The notes beneath the pieces are model-generated. The model worked only from the letters and a program-made list of their open reading frames with translations. It was not told the origin of the DNA and made no database searches. Made by a program: the position numbers and the translations under genes. From Alloascoidea hylecoeti (taxonomy: Eukaryota), in assembly GCA_001600815.1 (NCBI GenBank), contig BCKZ01000017.1, positions 160,390 through 218,147 of the forward strand: a DNA stretch of 57,758 bases, read 5' to 3'. Shown here in pieces: positions 13,030 through 24,412 of this stretch. The stretch's first letter is position 1, and each line of letters starts with the position of its first letter.

Positions 13030-13932
13030 ATGCTTTTTCACTCGTTAACTTCCCTTTTGGCGCTTGCCGTCTCTATTCAAGCTTCTCCAATCCCACATGA
13101 GAAAAGAGATGTGACTATTCCTGATTATGCAAAAGGTTTCTTGGGAACAACTTATACTCCTTTTGACCAGAATAAAAACTGCAGAACTGGTGATCAAATT
13201 AAGGAAGATATTTCTGCTCTTAAAGATTTCTCTTTGATTCGTCTTTATTCAAATGACTGTGCTGTTGTTCAGTATGCTTTAGAAGCAATGGATGTGTCTA
13301 AACAAAAGTTGATTGTCGCTCTTAATGATATTTCATCAAAGGATGCCTTACAAACAGATATTTACTCTATTGCCGCTAGCTGTGGTCTTGCTGGCCATGA
13401 ATTTAATGATGTTATCGATACAGTTGTTGTCGGTAATGAATTAGTTTACAATGGTTGGGCTACAGCCGCTGAAGTTGGTACATATATCCAACAAGTAAGA
13501 GATCTCCTAAGTACCTTCCCTGGTAAGATCATTACTGTTGATACTGTTTCATCTTTTTACGGAAATCCAGAACTTTGTGAATATGTTGACTACATTGGTA
13601 CAAACTCACACCCTTACTTTGATGATTCAACTGCTGCAAATGCCGGTGATTATGTTCTTAGTCATATTCAAGCTGTTTGGGCTTTCTGCAATGAACATGG
13701 TCATCCTAAAGATGTTCGTGTTATGGAAACTGGCTGGCCATGGTCTGGTGATGTGTACAGAAGTGCCGTACCTGGTGTTGATGAACAAAAGACTGCCCTT
13801 AAAGCAATTAATGAAAAGGCTTCTTCTGCTTCAATTGTCTTTTCCGCTTATAATGAATTATGGAAAGATGAAGGTAACTGGAAGGTTGAAAGACATTTTG
13901 GTATTTTAGGTAATGCTCCATCACTTGCCTAA
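13030..13932 (+). CDS. Secreted GH17 glucanase, copy 2 (tandem paralogue)
   Basis: True start is ATG 13030 (MLFHSLTSLLALAVSIQASP), by alignment with copy 1. Same catalytic motifs, 300 aa, KR site after the pro-peptide. Confidence 0.92.
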   Translation: MLFHSLTSLLALAVSIQASPIPHEKRDVTIPDYAKGFLGTTYTPFDQNKNCRTGDQIKEDISALKDFSLIRLYSNDCAVVQYALEAMDVSKQKLIVALNDISSKDALQTDIYSIAASCGLAGHEFNDVIDTVVVGNELVYNGWATAAEVGTYIQQVRDLLSTFPGKIITVDTVSSFYGNPELCEYVDYIGTNSHPYFDDSTAANAGDYVLSHIQAVWAFCNEHGHPKDVRVMETGWPWSGDVYRSAVPGVDEQKTALKAINEKASSASIVFSAYNELWKDEGNWKVERHFGILGNAPSLA

Positions 13933-15952
13933 TTATATATACAGTGTTATGATTGATTTGTGGATTATTTCATCATCTCATGCTAGTTGTATTACTATAT
14001 TTTAAATTTAGCATTTTGCATATGAAAAAAAAAAAAAGTTTGTTCTTCTCTTGGTTATTAATCGATATGATATATTTTGGTTCTTATCATATCCATTTAT
14101 TTTCATACTTTATATAGTTTAATGGAATGGGTCAAGTCATTTTAAAAAAGTTTTACCTTTTGTAAGTAAGTTGTACATGTAATTATTAGTGGTATTTCAA
14201 TATTGTAATCACAAACTTGGGTATTGAATGCATCTAATTGGTTGAAATATGGTCTACCATATTACGTGGTGCATATGACAAAAGTATCCGGATCATCCAG
14301 AATCCAGATTTTGTATAAATACCCTTATTGAAGAGTTATATATAATTAACTTTATTCTCACTCCTCAGGACTCAGGAGGAGTTTTTCTTCTCCAAGCTTA
14401 ATTCCTAAATTACTTGGCGTAATATTGCAATTTATAAATTTCATTACAATTATTAATATTACAATTATTGGTGTAATAAATGTGGTGTGTATTTTACAAT
14501 AAATTATAATTAAACATGGTGGCCCCCACAAAATTTAAAATCCAAGAACTATTTATAGATATTTTATAAAACATTAATATTGCAAGGAAACAGAAATTCT
14601 CGAAGCTAGATATGTTTGGAATTAATTGTATATTGAAAAGATCATCTGGGTAATGAGAATTAAAAGAGTATGCAAAGATAAAGGAGATTCAGAAGCGCCT
14701 ACTATTATTTATATATTCTTCACTGAATTTTGCGGAGTATTTTTGTCACTTTAAAACGGAAATTTGCGACATTGTGGAAACTAATAATTGGTTTTTCAGG
14801 TGACTGACTAGTCGCTATTATTCTTAAGAGAATATCGTTACATACATGAAATTTATTTTAGCGATTACGTTTCAAAGTGTGTATTATGACATTTTCTAGG
14901 ACATATTACATCCACTGGCAGATCATTATTGATTGTTTTGGAAAGTATTAATTCGCCACTTTCTAAACTTTTATTGCATCATTCAAATTTAAAGTTGATA
15001 TAGTTTTTGAGATACAATACGCGAAATGTTTGGAAATTAAATGGCGATTATATGCATATAAAGGTTAAACCATTTGGTGAAAATTTGCTAATTAAATCCC
15101 ATTCAAATAGTTAATTTTAATCGCTAAATATTGTCTTGATGCATGACTAACAAATAATTTACCAAGTCACTAAATTGCTTTAATTATAATGGATGGATGT
15201 ATTTCCAGATCGCTTGGCTAGTGTTTGATAAAATCTCCAATTTCAAGGGCGAATCATGTGAGCTCTGTTACTCTTAATTTAATTTTATTTTCAATTGGCT
15301 TACATCAGCTTATTGTTAGGATTTAAATGCGATTCTACTGAATAGGTTCAATACATTGTAGTTTCTAGGTCTAATAACATATTACCTAGAACGACAATAT
15401 ATAGAGCATCCGATCGATCGCGAGGCCCCTTATTCACATTTACCTCCAGAACTATATGCATTGAGTATAAACTTTAAGTTATAAATTAATATCAAATCTT
15501 GCAATTGTAACTCTATATAATTACATGATTGTACAATTAGATCTAGAAGATAGTTTAGCTATAGCGCTATATATATATATATATATATTCGATTCTATTC
15601 ACGGTTCAATAATCATAAATTTTTCCGGTTATTATTAATTATGATTCTATCTTTAATTATGCGATGTATAAATATTTGAGACATACATTTATAACATATT
15701 ATAACTTATAAATACAACATCCACATGTATAAAATTAAACTTCAAACTAGGAAAGGTAGGTGGCTTTATGGCATTTCTTATCTTATGATTTATTATATAA
15801 ATACCCACGATAGCATACCATCAGTTCTCTTCTATTTTTTTTATTCTGTTTTAATCTTTTTCGAATTTTCCAATCAGTTAAAATTAAAGTTGATTCCAAT
15901 TAACATACAACATTAACAACTGGAAATATCTTATATAATAAGTTTTATAAAT

Positions 15953-17053
15953 ATGGCATCAACCGACATTCCGAAAACTCAGAAGAGTTTAGTATACCTA
16001 GAACATGGAGGTAAAATTGAAATTCAAACAACACCAATTCCTAAACCAGATTCCAATGAACTTTTAGTTAAAATTGAATATTCGGGTATTTGTCATTCTG
16101 ATGTTCATGCATGGGTTGGAGATTGGAATATGCCAGGTAAAGAATTACCACTTATTGGTGGTCATGAAGGAACAGGTATAGTAGTTGCAAAAGGTTCAAA
16201 TGTGGATGATGAAGATTTTAAAATAGGTGATTCTGCTGGAATTAAATGGCTTAATAAAACATGTTTAAGTTGTGAATTTTGTAATAAAGGGGAAGAGACT
16301 GTCTGCCCCAAACAAGCAATTACCGGGTACACTATGGATGGTACTTATAGACAATATGCTATTGTTAATGCTTCACAGGCTGTTAAGATCCCCCATGATG
16401 TGAATAAAGCTGAATTAGCACCAGTTTTATGTGCCGGACTTACAACGTATAGAGGTTTAAAAGAAACAGGATGCTTACCTGGGGAGTGGGTAGCTATTCC
16501 AGGAGCTGGTGGTGGTCTTGGAGCATTTGCAATTCAATATGCTAAAGTTATTGGTTTGAGGCCTATTGCAATTGATGGTGGTGAAGAGAAGGGAAAATTT
16601 TGCAAATCATTAGGAGCTGAGGTTTACATTGATTTCACAAAAGAAGATGTTATTAAACGAATATATGAGGTTACAGGATGTGGTGCTCATGGTATTCTTA
16701 ATGTTTCTTCTTCGGCTAAAACATTAGAATATCTGGGTGACATATGCCGTCCTTCAGGTACAATTGTTCTTTGTGGTGTTCCAGGTAAAGGTGCTGCCAA
16801 TCCAATGCCAGTATTGACTTATGTTGGGAAAAAGCTTACAGTTAAGGGATCACCAGTTGGTAATAGGGCAGATTCACAACAAGCCATTGGATTATTTATC
16901 AGAGGTTTAATCAAATCACCTGTTAAAATAGTTGGATTAAATGATGTACCCAAGATCTTTAATATGATGAGACAAGGTAAAGCTGTAGGAAGATATGTTG
17001 TTGATATGTCTAAGCTTGGTAGTGTGTTAGACTTTATTCCTTCAAAATTATGA
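15953..17053 (+). CDS. Zn-dependent medium-chain alcohol dehydrogenase (Adh1-family) with C-terminal PTS1 (SKL)
   Basis: GICHSD, GGHEG, structural-Zn CxxCxxC...C, APVLCAG, GAGGGLG, and NAD-type Asp in AIDGG. Ends GRYVVDMSK-LGSVLDFIPSKL*. Confidence 0.95.
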   Translation: MASTDIPKTQKSLVYLEHGGKIEIQTTPIPKPDSNELLVKIEYSGICHSDVHAWVGDWNMPGKELPLIGGHEGTGIVVAKGSNVDDEDFKIGDSAGIKWLNKTCLSCEFCNKGEETVCPKQAITGYTMDGTYRQYAIVNASQAVKIPHDVNKAELAPVLCAGLTTYRGLKETGCLPGEWVAIPGAGGGLGAFAIQYAKVIGLRPIAIDGGEEKGKFCKSLGAEVYIDFTKEDVIKRIYEVTGCGAHGILNVSSSAKTLEYLGDICRPSGTIVLCGVPGKGAANPMPVLTYVGKKLTVKGSPVGNRADSQQAIGLFIRGLIKSPVKIVGLNDVPKIFNMMRQGKAVGRYVVDMSKLGSVLDFIPSKL

Positions 17054-17333
17054 TCATGATATATTATTATCAATATTTAGAAATAAATTATATGGCTATA
17101 GAAGTTAATAGAACTATAAAATTTAGACTTGTTTTGTAAAATTGCACAAGGATGAATGATATTGTGAAGAATACATCTTAGCTGTAGTATTATATATATA
17201 CAAGGTTTTAGTATAAGTTATAACTAGACTGTAAAAAGTTAGGTCTAATAATTTTATAATAGGAAAATGATTTTGCTTGGGTAAAAAACAGGTATCAGAT
17301 GAGGGGAGAGACACTATATCTTATTGTGATTCC

Positions 17334-17370
17334 CAACTTCGCAACTTCGCAACTTCGCAACTTCGCAACT
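17334..17370. repeat. Tandem 8-mer (GCAACTTC)x~4.5
   Basis: caacttc gcaacttc gcaacttc gcaacttc gcaact. Confidence 0.9.
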
Positions 17371-19286
17371 GCACCAAAAATCTATATGACAACGGGATCA
17401 TCAATTTTGGAGTGTTTACTTTGAAATCTGTCAACTTTTTCCTATTTGGTGATTTAGAGGCGAGAGGTGTTTCATCATGTAGACTTTTCTGTTTATTCTT
17501 CAATAAATTATAGCTATAGAAAAAGGAATTAGATCCTTCTGGTTCCCGTGCTCTTAATCACAACATCCCTAGGTTGTACTGTACTGTACCAAAGGCATAA
17601 TTTCAGGCTCAGATAGCGATTCAGGATTTTCAAGGACGACACCATATCACATCAATAAATATGAACATTCATTTCATTTGGACTAGAGAACTCTATATAA
17701 ATTATGTCTAAAGTATTGCAGAAGTTGCTGTGAACCGTGAACAATTATCATGATTTTTTGGCTCGAACTTGCGGGAATTCCATTTAATTGAGGATGTTTT
17801 GATTCATCATTCGGTTTGAAAACTTTTCTATTACAGTTAGCTATTTTGCCATATCATATGCATAGTAGAATCTGTTTTTTACTGATTTCCGTTAATTAAG
17901 CCATCAAATGGTATGATATGCATAGTATTGCATACCAATATTTGATGGGTACCAACTAATTATGCTTAACATTTTACTTTTTACTTTATAGCAACAGTTG
18001 TCAATACATTTTCCGTATCGATATCGATAGCCCGAATTTAACAAATATTGAATGTATTAATATTTAAATGAAATTTCTCAACAGATTTTGTTAATTTTAT
18101 TATATAAAAATTATGTACCTGAACGTGGGGGAACTTGAGGGTTCATTCAATCGGTAAGCACATTCTAGAGATTCAGATTTAGACTATACGTTATTCTAAA
18201 GCTGGTAAGTCATTTCAGTTAGCCATTTCAAGCCTAGTTGATATTAATTAAACCCTAAATGATGGAACCTAATGTTTTTGCTGGTGGGCAGAATTCTATC
18301 TTAATAAGTTATGTTGTAAATATATGACTTACATTTGGAAGATAATCCGAATTTGACTCAGATGTTCGTATTTTTTATCATACAATGTATTACAAATTTA
18401 CAATATTACATCATCCAATACTAAATGGAAATTATAATTTACCGGTTTTATATATTTTTCTTTGTAACATATCAAGTTTGTTCATGAGACTTGAGTTTGA
18501 GTTTAGTAAAGAAAGTCTGATCGATGATGATTTTCAAATCATTGTAAGTAATCCATCCTAACTAATTATAAATTGAATCGGGTTCCGAAATATTATGTGA
18601 TAACCAAAATTAATTCACCATATCTCAAACACGTTTTTGTATAAAGTTATTGTTAAAAAAATAAATTTTCAAAATAGTTTAATTCAATAAACAATATAAA
18701 AAGAAAAAAAGAAGGAATTAAGCTTTATGAGAAAACCCGACAAGCATTAATTATAATCTTAATGTTTTTAGATTTGAAAAATTAATATATATATATCATA
18801 TTCGTTTAAATTTAAAAAATGAATGGGGATATTCGTATATGGTTCCCAATAGAAATTAAAAGTTAAAACATATTAGGTTGATGGGGGGTACCAGCCAGAG
18901 TCAAGAATCACTGAAACAAACCGTCAGGATATATCATATTAATGTTATCGCCTTATAATTAATACTACAACAAATTAAATGTATATTTAATACTTTATAT
19001 ATAAATAAATGTATAATACTTTTTTTTTTTTTTCATAAAAGGACATATAAAAGATATAAAAATGTAATTTGATAATCATAAATGAGAAATAAGATATATA
19101 TATTATTCTCTAGAGATAAATCAATCAATCAATTAAATAATTAACAAAACAAGTAGAAAATGTATGATGATGATATTATATAAATAGTAAATATAAGAAT
19201 GGAATAAAAAATGATAATATAATGTAAGTCAAATCAAAAAACAACATTTTTTCTTTCTTTAAAATTCTTTAAAATTCTTTAAATTT

Positions 19287-20381
19287 TTACATAATAATTG
19301 ATTCTTTTTCAACATTTTCACCAATTGATTTATGGGGTAAAACTTTACCACCATTAATATAAACTTCATCTTTAACAGTAACATCATCACCTAAAACAGT
19401 AACATTTTGTAAACGACACCATTGACCAACAGAAGAATTCCAACCAACGATTGTTGATTTAATCCAAGCATGATTTTTAATGACAGAATTTGATAATATA
19501 ACGGATCTTTGAATTCTAACACCTTCACCAATTACAACATTTGGACCAATAACTACATTTGGACCAATTTTAGCAGAAGGATCAATTTTAGCAGATGGAT
19601 GAATCATCACATTACCAGCATGTACAAAAGATTCTTTTGTTGAAGCTAATTCAGTAGAATTTTTTCTTGTTAAAGAAGATAAATATAAACAAGTACCAGA
19701 TAAGAAATCTTTTGGTTGACCAACATCCATCCAAAAACTTTCTAAATCAAAAGAATATAAAGAATGTTGATCAACTAATTGAGGGAAAGTTTCCTTTTCG
19801 ATTGAAGTTGGTTTTAAATCGATTAAATCAATAACAGAAGGATTTAAGATATAGATACCAGCATTTATTCTATTACCAACAAATTCTTTTGGTTTTTCAA
19901 CAAATCTATCAATTAAATTTGGCTTGTTTATATCATGCACGATAACACCGTATTTGCTTGGTTCATCGACTTTTGTTGCAACGATTGTGCCTTGACCACC
20001 GTGGGCTAGATGGAAAGCAGCCAATTCTTTAAAGGGATATTCGCAAATGACATCAGAATTTAAAACGAAAAAAGGAGTATCGTCCTTTTTGAGAACGTCT
20101 TCGGCCAATCTCAAAGGGCCAGCAGTGCCCAAGGGCTCAGTTTCGACGGAAAAAGTGATCTTGACGCCAAACTCTTCCTCGTAGTTTTTCAGAGTAGCCA
20201 CCATGACCTCGGGCCTGTAGTTGACGGCCAGCACGATGTCCTTGACACCAGCCTCGGCCAGGGCCTCGATCTGGTGTCTGATCATGGGCTTGTTAGCGAA
20301 CTCGACCAAAGGCTTGGGGAGAGTGAGGGTCAGGGGTCTGAGACGGGTACCGTAGCCACCGACGAGAATAAGAGCTTTCAT
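19287..20381 (-). CDS. PSA1: Mannose-1-phosphate guanylyltransferase (GDP-mannose pyrophosphorylase)
   Basis: Starts [28 protein letters not shown] (ATG at 20381); also [20 protein letters not shown] and a hexapeptide-repeat C-terminus. Confidence 0.97.
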   Translation of the reverse strand: MKALILVGGYGTRLRPLTLTLPKPLVEFANKPMIRHQIEALAEAGVKDIVLAVNYRPEVMVATLKNYEEEFGVKITFSVETEPLGTAGPLRLAEDVLKKDDTPFFVLNSDVICEYPFKELAAFHLAHGGQGTIVATKVDEPSKYGVIVHDINKPNLIDRFVEKPKEFVGNRINAGIYILNPSVIDLIDLKPTSIEKETFPQLVDQHSLYSFDLESFWMDVGQPKDFLSGTCLYLSSLTRKNSTELASTKESFVHAGNVMIHPSAKIDPSAKIGPNVVIGPNVVIGEGVRIQRSVILSNSVIKNHAWIKSTIVGWNSSVGQWCRLQNVTVLGDDVTVKDEVYINGGKVLPHKSIGENVEKESIIM

Positions 20382-20659
20382 TGCGAGAGTAGGTAGCGAG
20401 AGACAGGGGAAGGGAGTCAAAGAGGGAAGGAAGAAGAAACGAAGAAACGAAGATATTTATATTTAATTTATGGAGTTACACACCGCCAAAAGGGAACACC
20501 GTGGCTTAACTCGACACGCACGCCGACGCACCCGCGCGCACGTGTGGAATGGACCTGCATCTGGGGTTCTATTTTTAGCAGCCCTCTCAGTTCTCAGGCT
20601 GTGCTCGAGGCCTGTGCTCGAGGCCTGTGTGCTCCAGGCCCCCCAGGCCCCCCAGGCCC

Positions 20660-20989
20660 CTACAGGCCTCTGCCGATTTCCGCCAGAAGGTCCACGGAGT
20701 TGCTGCGCTTGCCGTGCGAGTTTAGGTTCGACGTCCACCCGCCGCTCAGGCTCGTGAACACCCGCACACCGCCACCCGGGTGCTGTCTGGCCTGCTGGAC
20801 GCTCTCGTCGTAGGCGTCGTTCAGGTACTTGCTGATCTCGTCCGCGTTGAAGCCGTTCACCGCCTCGTAGCTGCGGATCTCGTGGGTCTTTGCGTGGCCG
20901 TAGCTGGCCCTGGGCTCCCTGGGCTCCCTGGGCTCCCTGGGCTCCCTGGGCTCCCTGGGTTTGCCCCCGGCTCGTCGTTTTCTGCTCAT
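20660..20989 (-). CDS. Small protein of unknown function (109 aa) with a PRE repeat
   Basis: ATG start, strongly G/C-ending codons matching the local bias, and a protein-like core (YEAVNGFNADEISKYLNDAY). Lies divergently to YSF3. Confidence 0.6.
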   Translation of the reverse strand: MSRKRRAGGKPREPREPREPREPREPRASYGHAKTHEIRSYEAVNGFNADEISKYLNDAYDESVQQARQHPGGGVRVFTSLSGGWTSNLNSHGKRSNSVDLLAEIGRGL

Positions 20990-21237
20990 CTTCGGTTACT
21001 ATGTGTCACATCTCGGCTGCGTCCGTGTAGTCCATCTTACCTCTCGTCCTGTGCCATCCTCGTGCCTGTGCCCTGTCTGGTCTCTCGTAGCGTGGTGGCT
21101 GAACGACAGCCCAAGCCCACACGCCCGTTCTCAAAAAAAATCTCCTCAAAACACCCACACGCCCGTTCTCAAAACACCCACACACCCGCCGCCACCCCTA
21201 CATCCTTACGCCCGCCACACCTCTCCTCCGCCACATT

Positions 21238-21498
21238 ATGACCGACCGGCTGAGAGCAAAGCAGCAGCAGGAGTTGTTGAAATCCAGGTACATCGGCGTG
21301 GGCACCTCGGACACGACAAAGTATGAATGGGCCACCGATATCAAAAGAGACACTTATGCTTCTTTAGCTGCCCATTCCGGTTTACTGGAATTGACTGCAA
21401 TTTCACTTGCTGAATCTCCACAACTAACAAGACAAAAACTGGTTGAAAAAATGATTAGACCTTTAGGTCCTCCGAAATCTGATAAGACAGCTCTATAA
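21238..21498 (+). CDS. YSF3: SF3b complex subunit Ysf3/SF3B5
   Basis: MTDRLRAKQQQELLKSRYIGVGTSDTTKYEWATDIKRDTYAS...KMIRPLGPP matches the SF3b10 family. Confidence 0.93.
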   Translation: MTDRLRAKQQQELLKSRYIGVGTSDTTKYEWATDIKRDTYASLAAHSGLLELTAISLAESPQLTRQKLVEKMIRPLGPPKSDKTAL

Positions 21499-21823
21499 TA
21501 TTCATATCTCCACAGCCCACAGCATTATGGAATGAACAAAAATTCTGAAGGTTTCAACAAAAAACTTTTAAACTTATAGGCCTATATTCGAGCCTGGATA
21601 ATTTCAATTTATATTATTATAGTTGTTATTATTTATTTTTGTTTTGTTAATCTTTTTCATTTCGATTTTTCTTTGCACAAAACATAGTAAATCTTCTCAG
21701 CTATATATATAATTAAAAATTAATGTATTATCTAGATCTATTTTTAATATAATACTAGTACTTTTATATATTAATATTTATACTCCCATCATTATAATTC
21801 ATTTATATATATATATATATATA

Positions 21824-24328
21824 TCAATTATTCAATTCAAACTCAATTGATTTAACACTAGCATCAACTTTATAAATCTTATCTCCAAAATTATCACATT
21901 CAAGTAATTTAAATTTTTTATTATTATCTTCTTTAACTCCATTATTATTATTAATAATTTTAAATTTCCAAGAATTAATAATTTCTCCTTCAATATTAAT
22001 TTTAATTTTTTTAGAAATTGAATTAAATAAAATATTAATAATTGTTGAATATTCACCAATTTTTTCAAAATTTGGTATCTTAACTTTAATTGATGATGAT
22101 AAATTATAAATATTTAAAAGAAAATTTTCATTATATAAATAGTCAGTTGTTGAATCTTTATCACCAGTAATTATAACAGAATTTGGTTTTATTAATAATG
22201 GTAATGACATAAAATTATGATTTTCTTTATACCAATTACCACCAGTTCTAACTTTACCATCTAATAATCCAAACCATTCATTATTTGTGTTCGTTACATT
22301 GGGGACATAATATGTAACTTCCCCCTTTTCACCACTGAATACTGGTGCAACTAAAAGATTTGAACCAAGCATAAATTCACTATCTGTATCCCATGTTGTA
22401 ATATCATTTGGAAATTCAACAAATAATGCTCTCATTACAGATACTAATGATTCATTTGATGTTTCAATTGCATTACTATAAATATAAGGTAATAATCTTA
22501 ATTTTAAATTTGTAAATTTCTTCAATACTAGACTTGCTTCATCACCAAATAACCAAGGAACCCTATAAGATCCTGATCCATGAAGTCTTGAATGTGATGA
22601 TAATAATCCAAAAGCACACCATCTTTTATAAACCGCTGGATCTGGAGATCCTTCAAATCCACCAATATCATGTGCCCAATAACCAAAACCTGAAAGTGAT
22701 AAACTTAAACCACCTCGTAATGATTCTGCCATTGCTTCAAATGATGATTCACAATCACCACCCCAATGAACTGGGAATTTTTGACATGTTGCTGTTGCTG
22801 ATCTTGCAAATAAACATGCATTATTTTTACCTTTTTTCTTTTCTAAAATTTCAAAAACTGCTTTATTATATAAATAAGTATAATAATTATGCATTTTTTC
22901 AGGATTAAAATTATTATAATATTTAATATTTTTAATTGGAATTCTTTCACCAAAATCAGTTTTAAATGAATCAACACCAATATTTAATAAATTTTCTAAA
23001 ATATTTTGATACCATTTAATAGCATTAGGATTTGTAAAATCAACAATACCCATTCCTGCTTGCCATAAATCAGTTTGCCAACTTGTTTCATCATTTAAAT
23101 TTTTAATTAAATAATTTTTAGAATCAGCAATTTCAAATAATTTAGATTCTTGTGCAATATATGGATTAATCCAAACACATATTCTAATACCAAATTTTTC
23201 TTTTAAATTTTTTATAAAAATTTCTGGTTTACCATTAAAATATTCATCATCAAATATAAAATCACACCATTGAAATTGTTTCATCCAAAAACAATCAAAA
23301 TGGAAAGTTGATAGAGGAATTTCTCTTTTTTGCATACCTGATATAAAAGAAGATACCGTTTCCATATCATAATTTGTTGTAAAACTTGTTGTTAACCATA
23401 ATCCAAAAGTCCATGGTGGTGGTAAACTTGGCTTTCCAGTTAATAAATTATATCTATAAATGATTTCTTTTGGTGTTGGACCTTTTATAATATATGCTCG
23501 TAGAATTTGTCCAGGTACAACAACATTAACTCTTGTTGTTCTTTCAGATTGAACTTCAAATGATACTCTATCAGTATGATCAATGAAAATACCATAACCA
23601 TTATTAGTTAAATAAAATGGAATATTTTTATAGGCTTGTTCTGATGATGTACCACCATCTCTATTCCAAATATCAATATGTTGACCATTTTTAATTAAAT
23701 TTCCAAAACGTTCTCCTAATCCATATACTTTTTCACGAACTCCCAAGTGAAATTGTGCTGTCATGTATGGACTAAATGGTAATGAAGAAGTGATATTTGG
23801 TGGTGTTCTTGAATCTTCAACAAACCCAATTGATCTAAATCCTAATTTAGTTAATTCTTTATTTGTTGTTGTATCTTTAAATGATATATTGAAAGAATTT
23901 GGATTTGTATTAACATCCGCCAATAAACCAATTGTTTTAAAAATTGCATTATATTTTTCTTTATTAATTTTAATATTAATATCTTCTGTTCCTAATGAAT
24001 TTGAATCATTTAATTTGAATCTTGGTTCATTTTTATTAGCACTTTTATGATGAAATGATTCAATACAAATGATTCCTTCATTTGGTGATGATAAATTAAT
24101 ACTTATTGTTGGCGTATTTAACGTATTACCCCTATCATAAATATGTGATGTTGTTGTTAAAATATATAATGATTTTTCATTAGAATTGGTAATTTTAGAT
24201 TCACATTTAACTGATTCAGTAGCCCAATCGATTTTAACATTTGGTTTGATTTCCCACATACCATTGGAAAATCTTGTATCTTTATTATCATCTCCTAAAA
24301 GTGAGATTGAACAATTATTTCTTGACAT
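21824..24328 (-). CDS. GH31 alpha-xylosidase (YicI/AgdD-like), probably intracellular
   Basis: YGLGERF, GLWLTTSFTTNYD, FHFDCFWMK, FKTDFGERIP (nucleophile), HWGGDC (acid/base), HDIGGFEG, SSHSRLHGS. No signal peptide. Confidence 0.9.
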   Translation of the reverse strand: MSRNNCSISLLGDDNKDTRFSNGMWEIKPNVKIDWATESVKCESKITNSNEKSLYILTTTSHIYDRGNTLNTPTISINLSSPNEGIICIESFHHKSANKNEPRFKLNDSNSLGTEDINIKINKEKYNAIFKTIGLLADVNTNPNSFNISFKDTTTNKELTKLGFRSIGFVEDSRTPPNITSSLPFSPYMTAQFHLGVREKVYGLGERFGNLIKNGQHIDIWNRDGGTSSEQAYKNIPFYLTNNGYGIFIDHTDRVSFEVQSERTTRVNVVVPGQILRAYIIKGPTPKEIIYRYNLLTGKPSLPPPWTFGLWLTTSFTTNYDMETVSSFISGMQKREIPLSTFHFDCFWMKQFQWCDFIFDDEYFNGKPEIFIKNLKEKFGIRICVWINPYIAQESKLFEIADSKNYLIKNLNDETSWQTDLWQAGMGIVDFTNPNAIKWYQNILENLLNIGVDSFKTDFGERIPIKNIKYYNNFNPEKMHNYYTYLYNKAVFEILEKKKGKNNACLFARSATATCQKFPVHWGGDCESSFEAMAESLRGGLSLSLSGFGYWAHDIGGFEGSPDPAVYKRWCAFGLLSSHSRLHGSGSYRVPWLFGDEASLVLKKFTNLKLRLLPYIYSNAIETSNESLVSVMRALFVEFPNDITTWDTDSEFMLGSNLLVAPVFSGEKGEVTYYVPNVTNTNNEWFGLLDGKVRTGGNWYKENHNFMSLPLLIKPNSVIITGDKDSTTDYLYNENFLLNIYNLSSSIKVKIPNFEKIGEYSTIINILFNSISKKIKINIEGEIINSWKFKIINNNNGVKEDNNKKFKLLECDNFGDKIYKVDASVKSIEFELNN

Positions 24329-24376
24329 TTTTTATTTTCTTTCTTTGCCTAATAACTAAAAGATTTATAGTTGATT

Positions 24377-24412
<36 letters not shown>

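Larger units (their letters stand above)
7380..14697 (+). repeat. Direct duplication: about 7380-9365 versus about 12485-14697 (promoter, GH17 CDS and 3' flank)
   Basis: Non-coding flanks align, e.g. ttggattgatatttatataattatcggagatgtgaa / ttggattaataattatataattaccggagacgtgaa. Both units end near agataaaggagat. Confidence 0.85.

Noticed and set aside
20463..21326. Many overlapping ORFs on both strands
   Set aside because: Expected from the scarcity of stops in the GC island; only 20660-20989 and YSF3 look protein-like.
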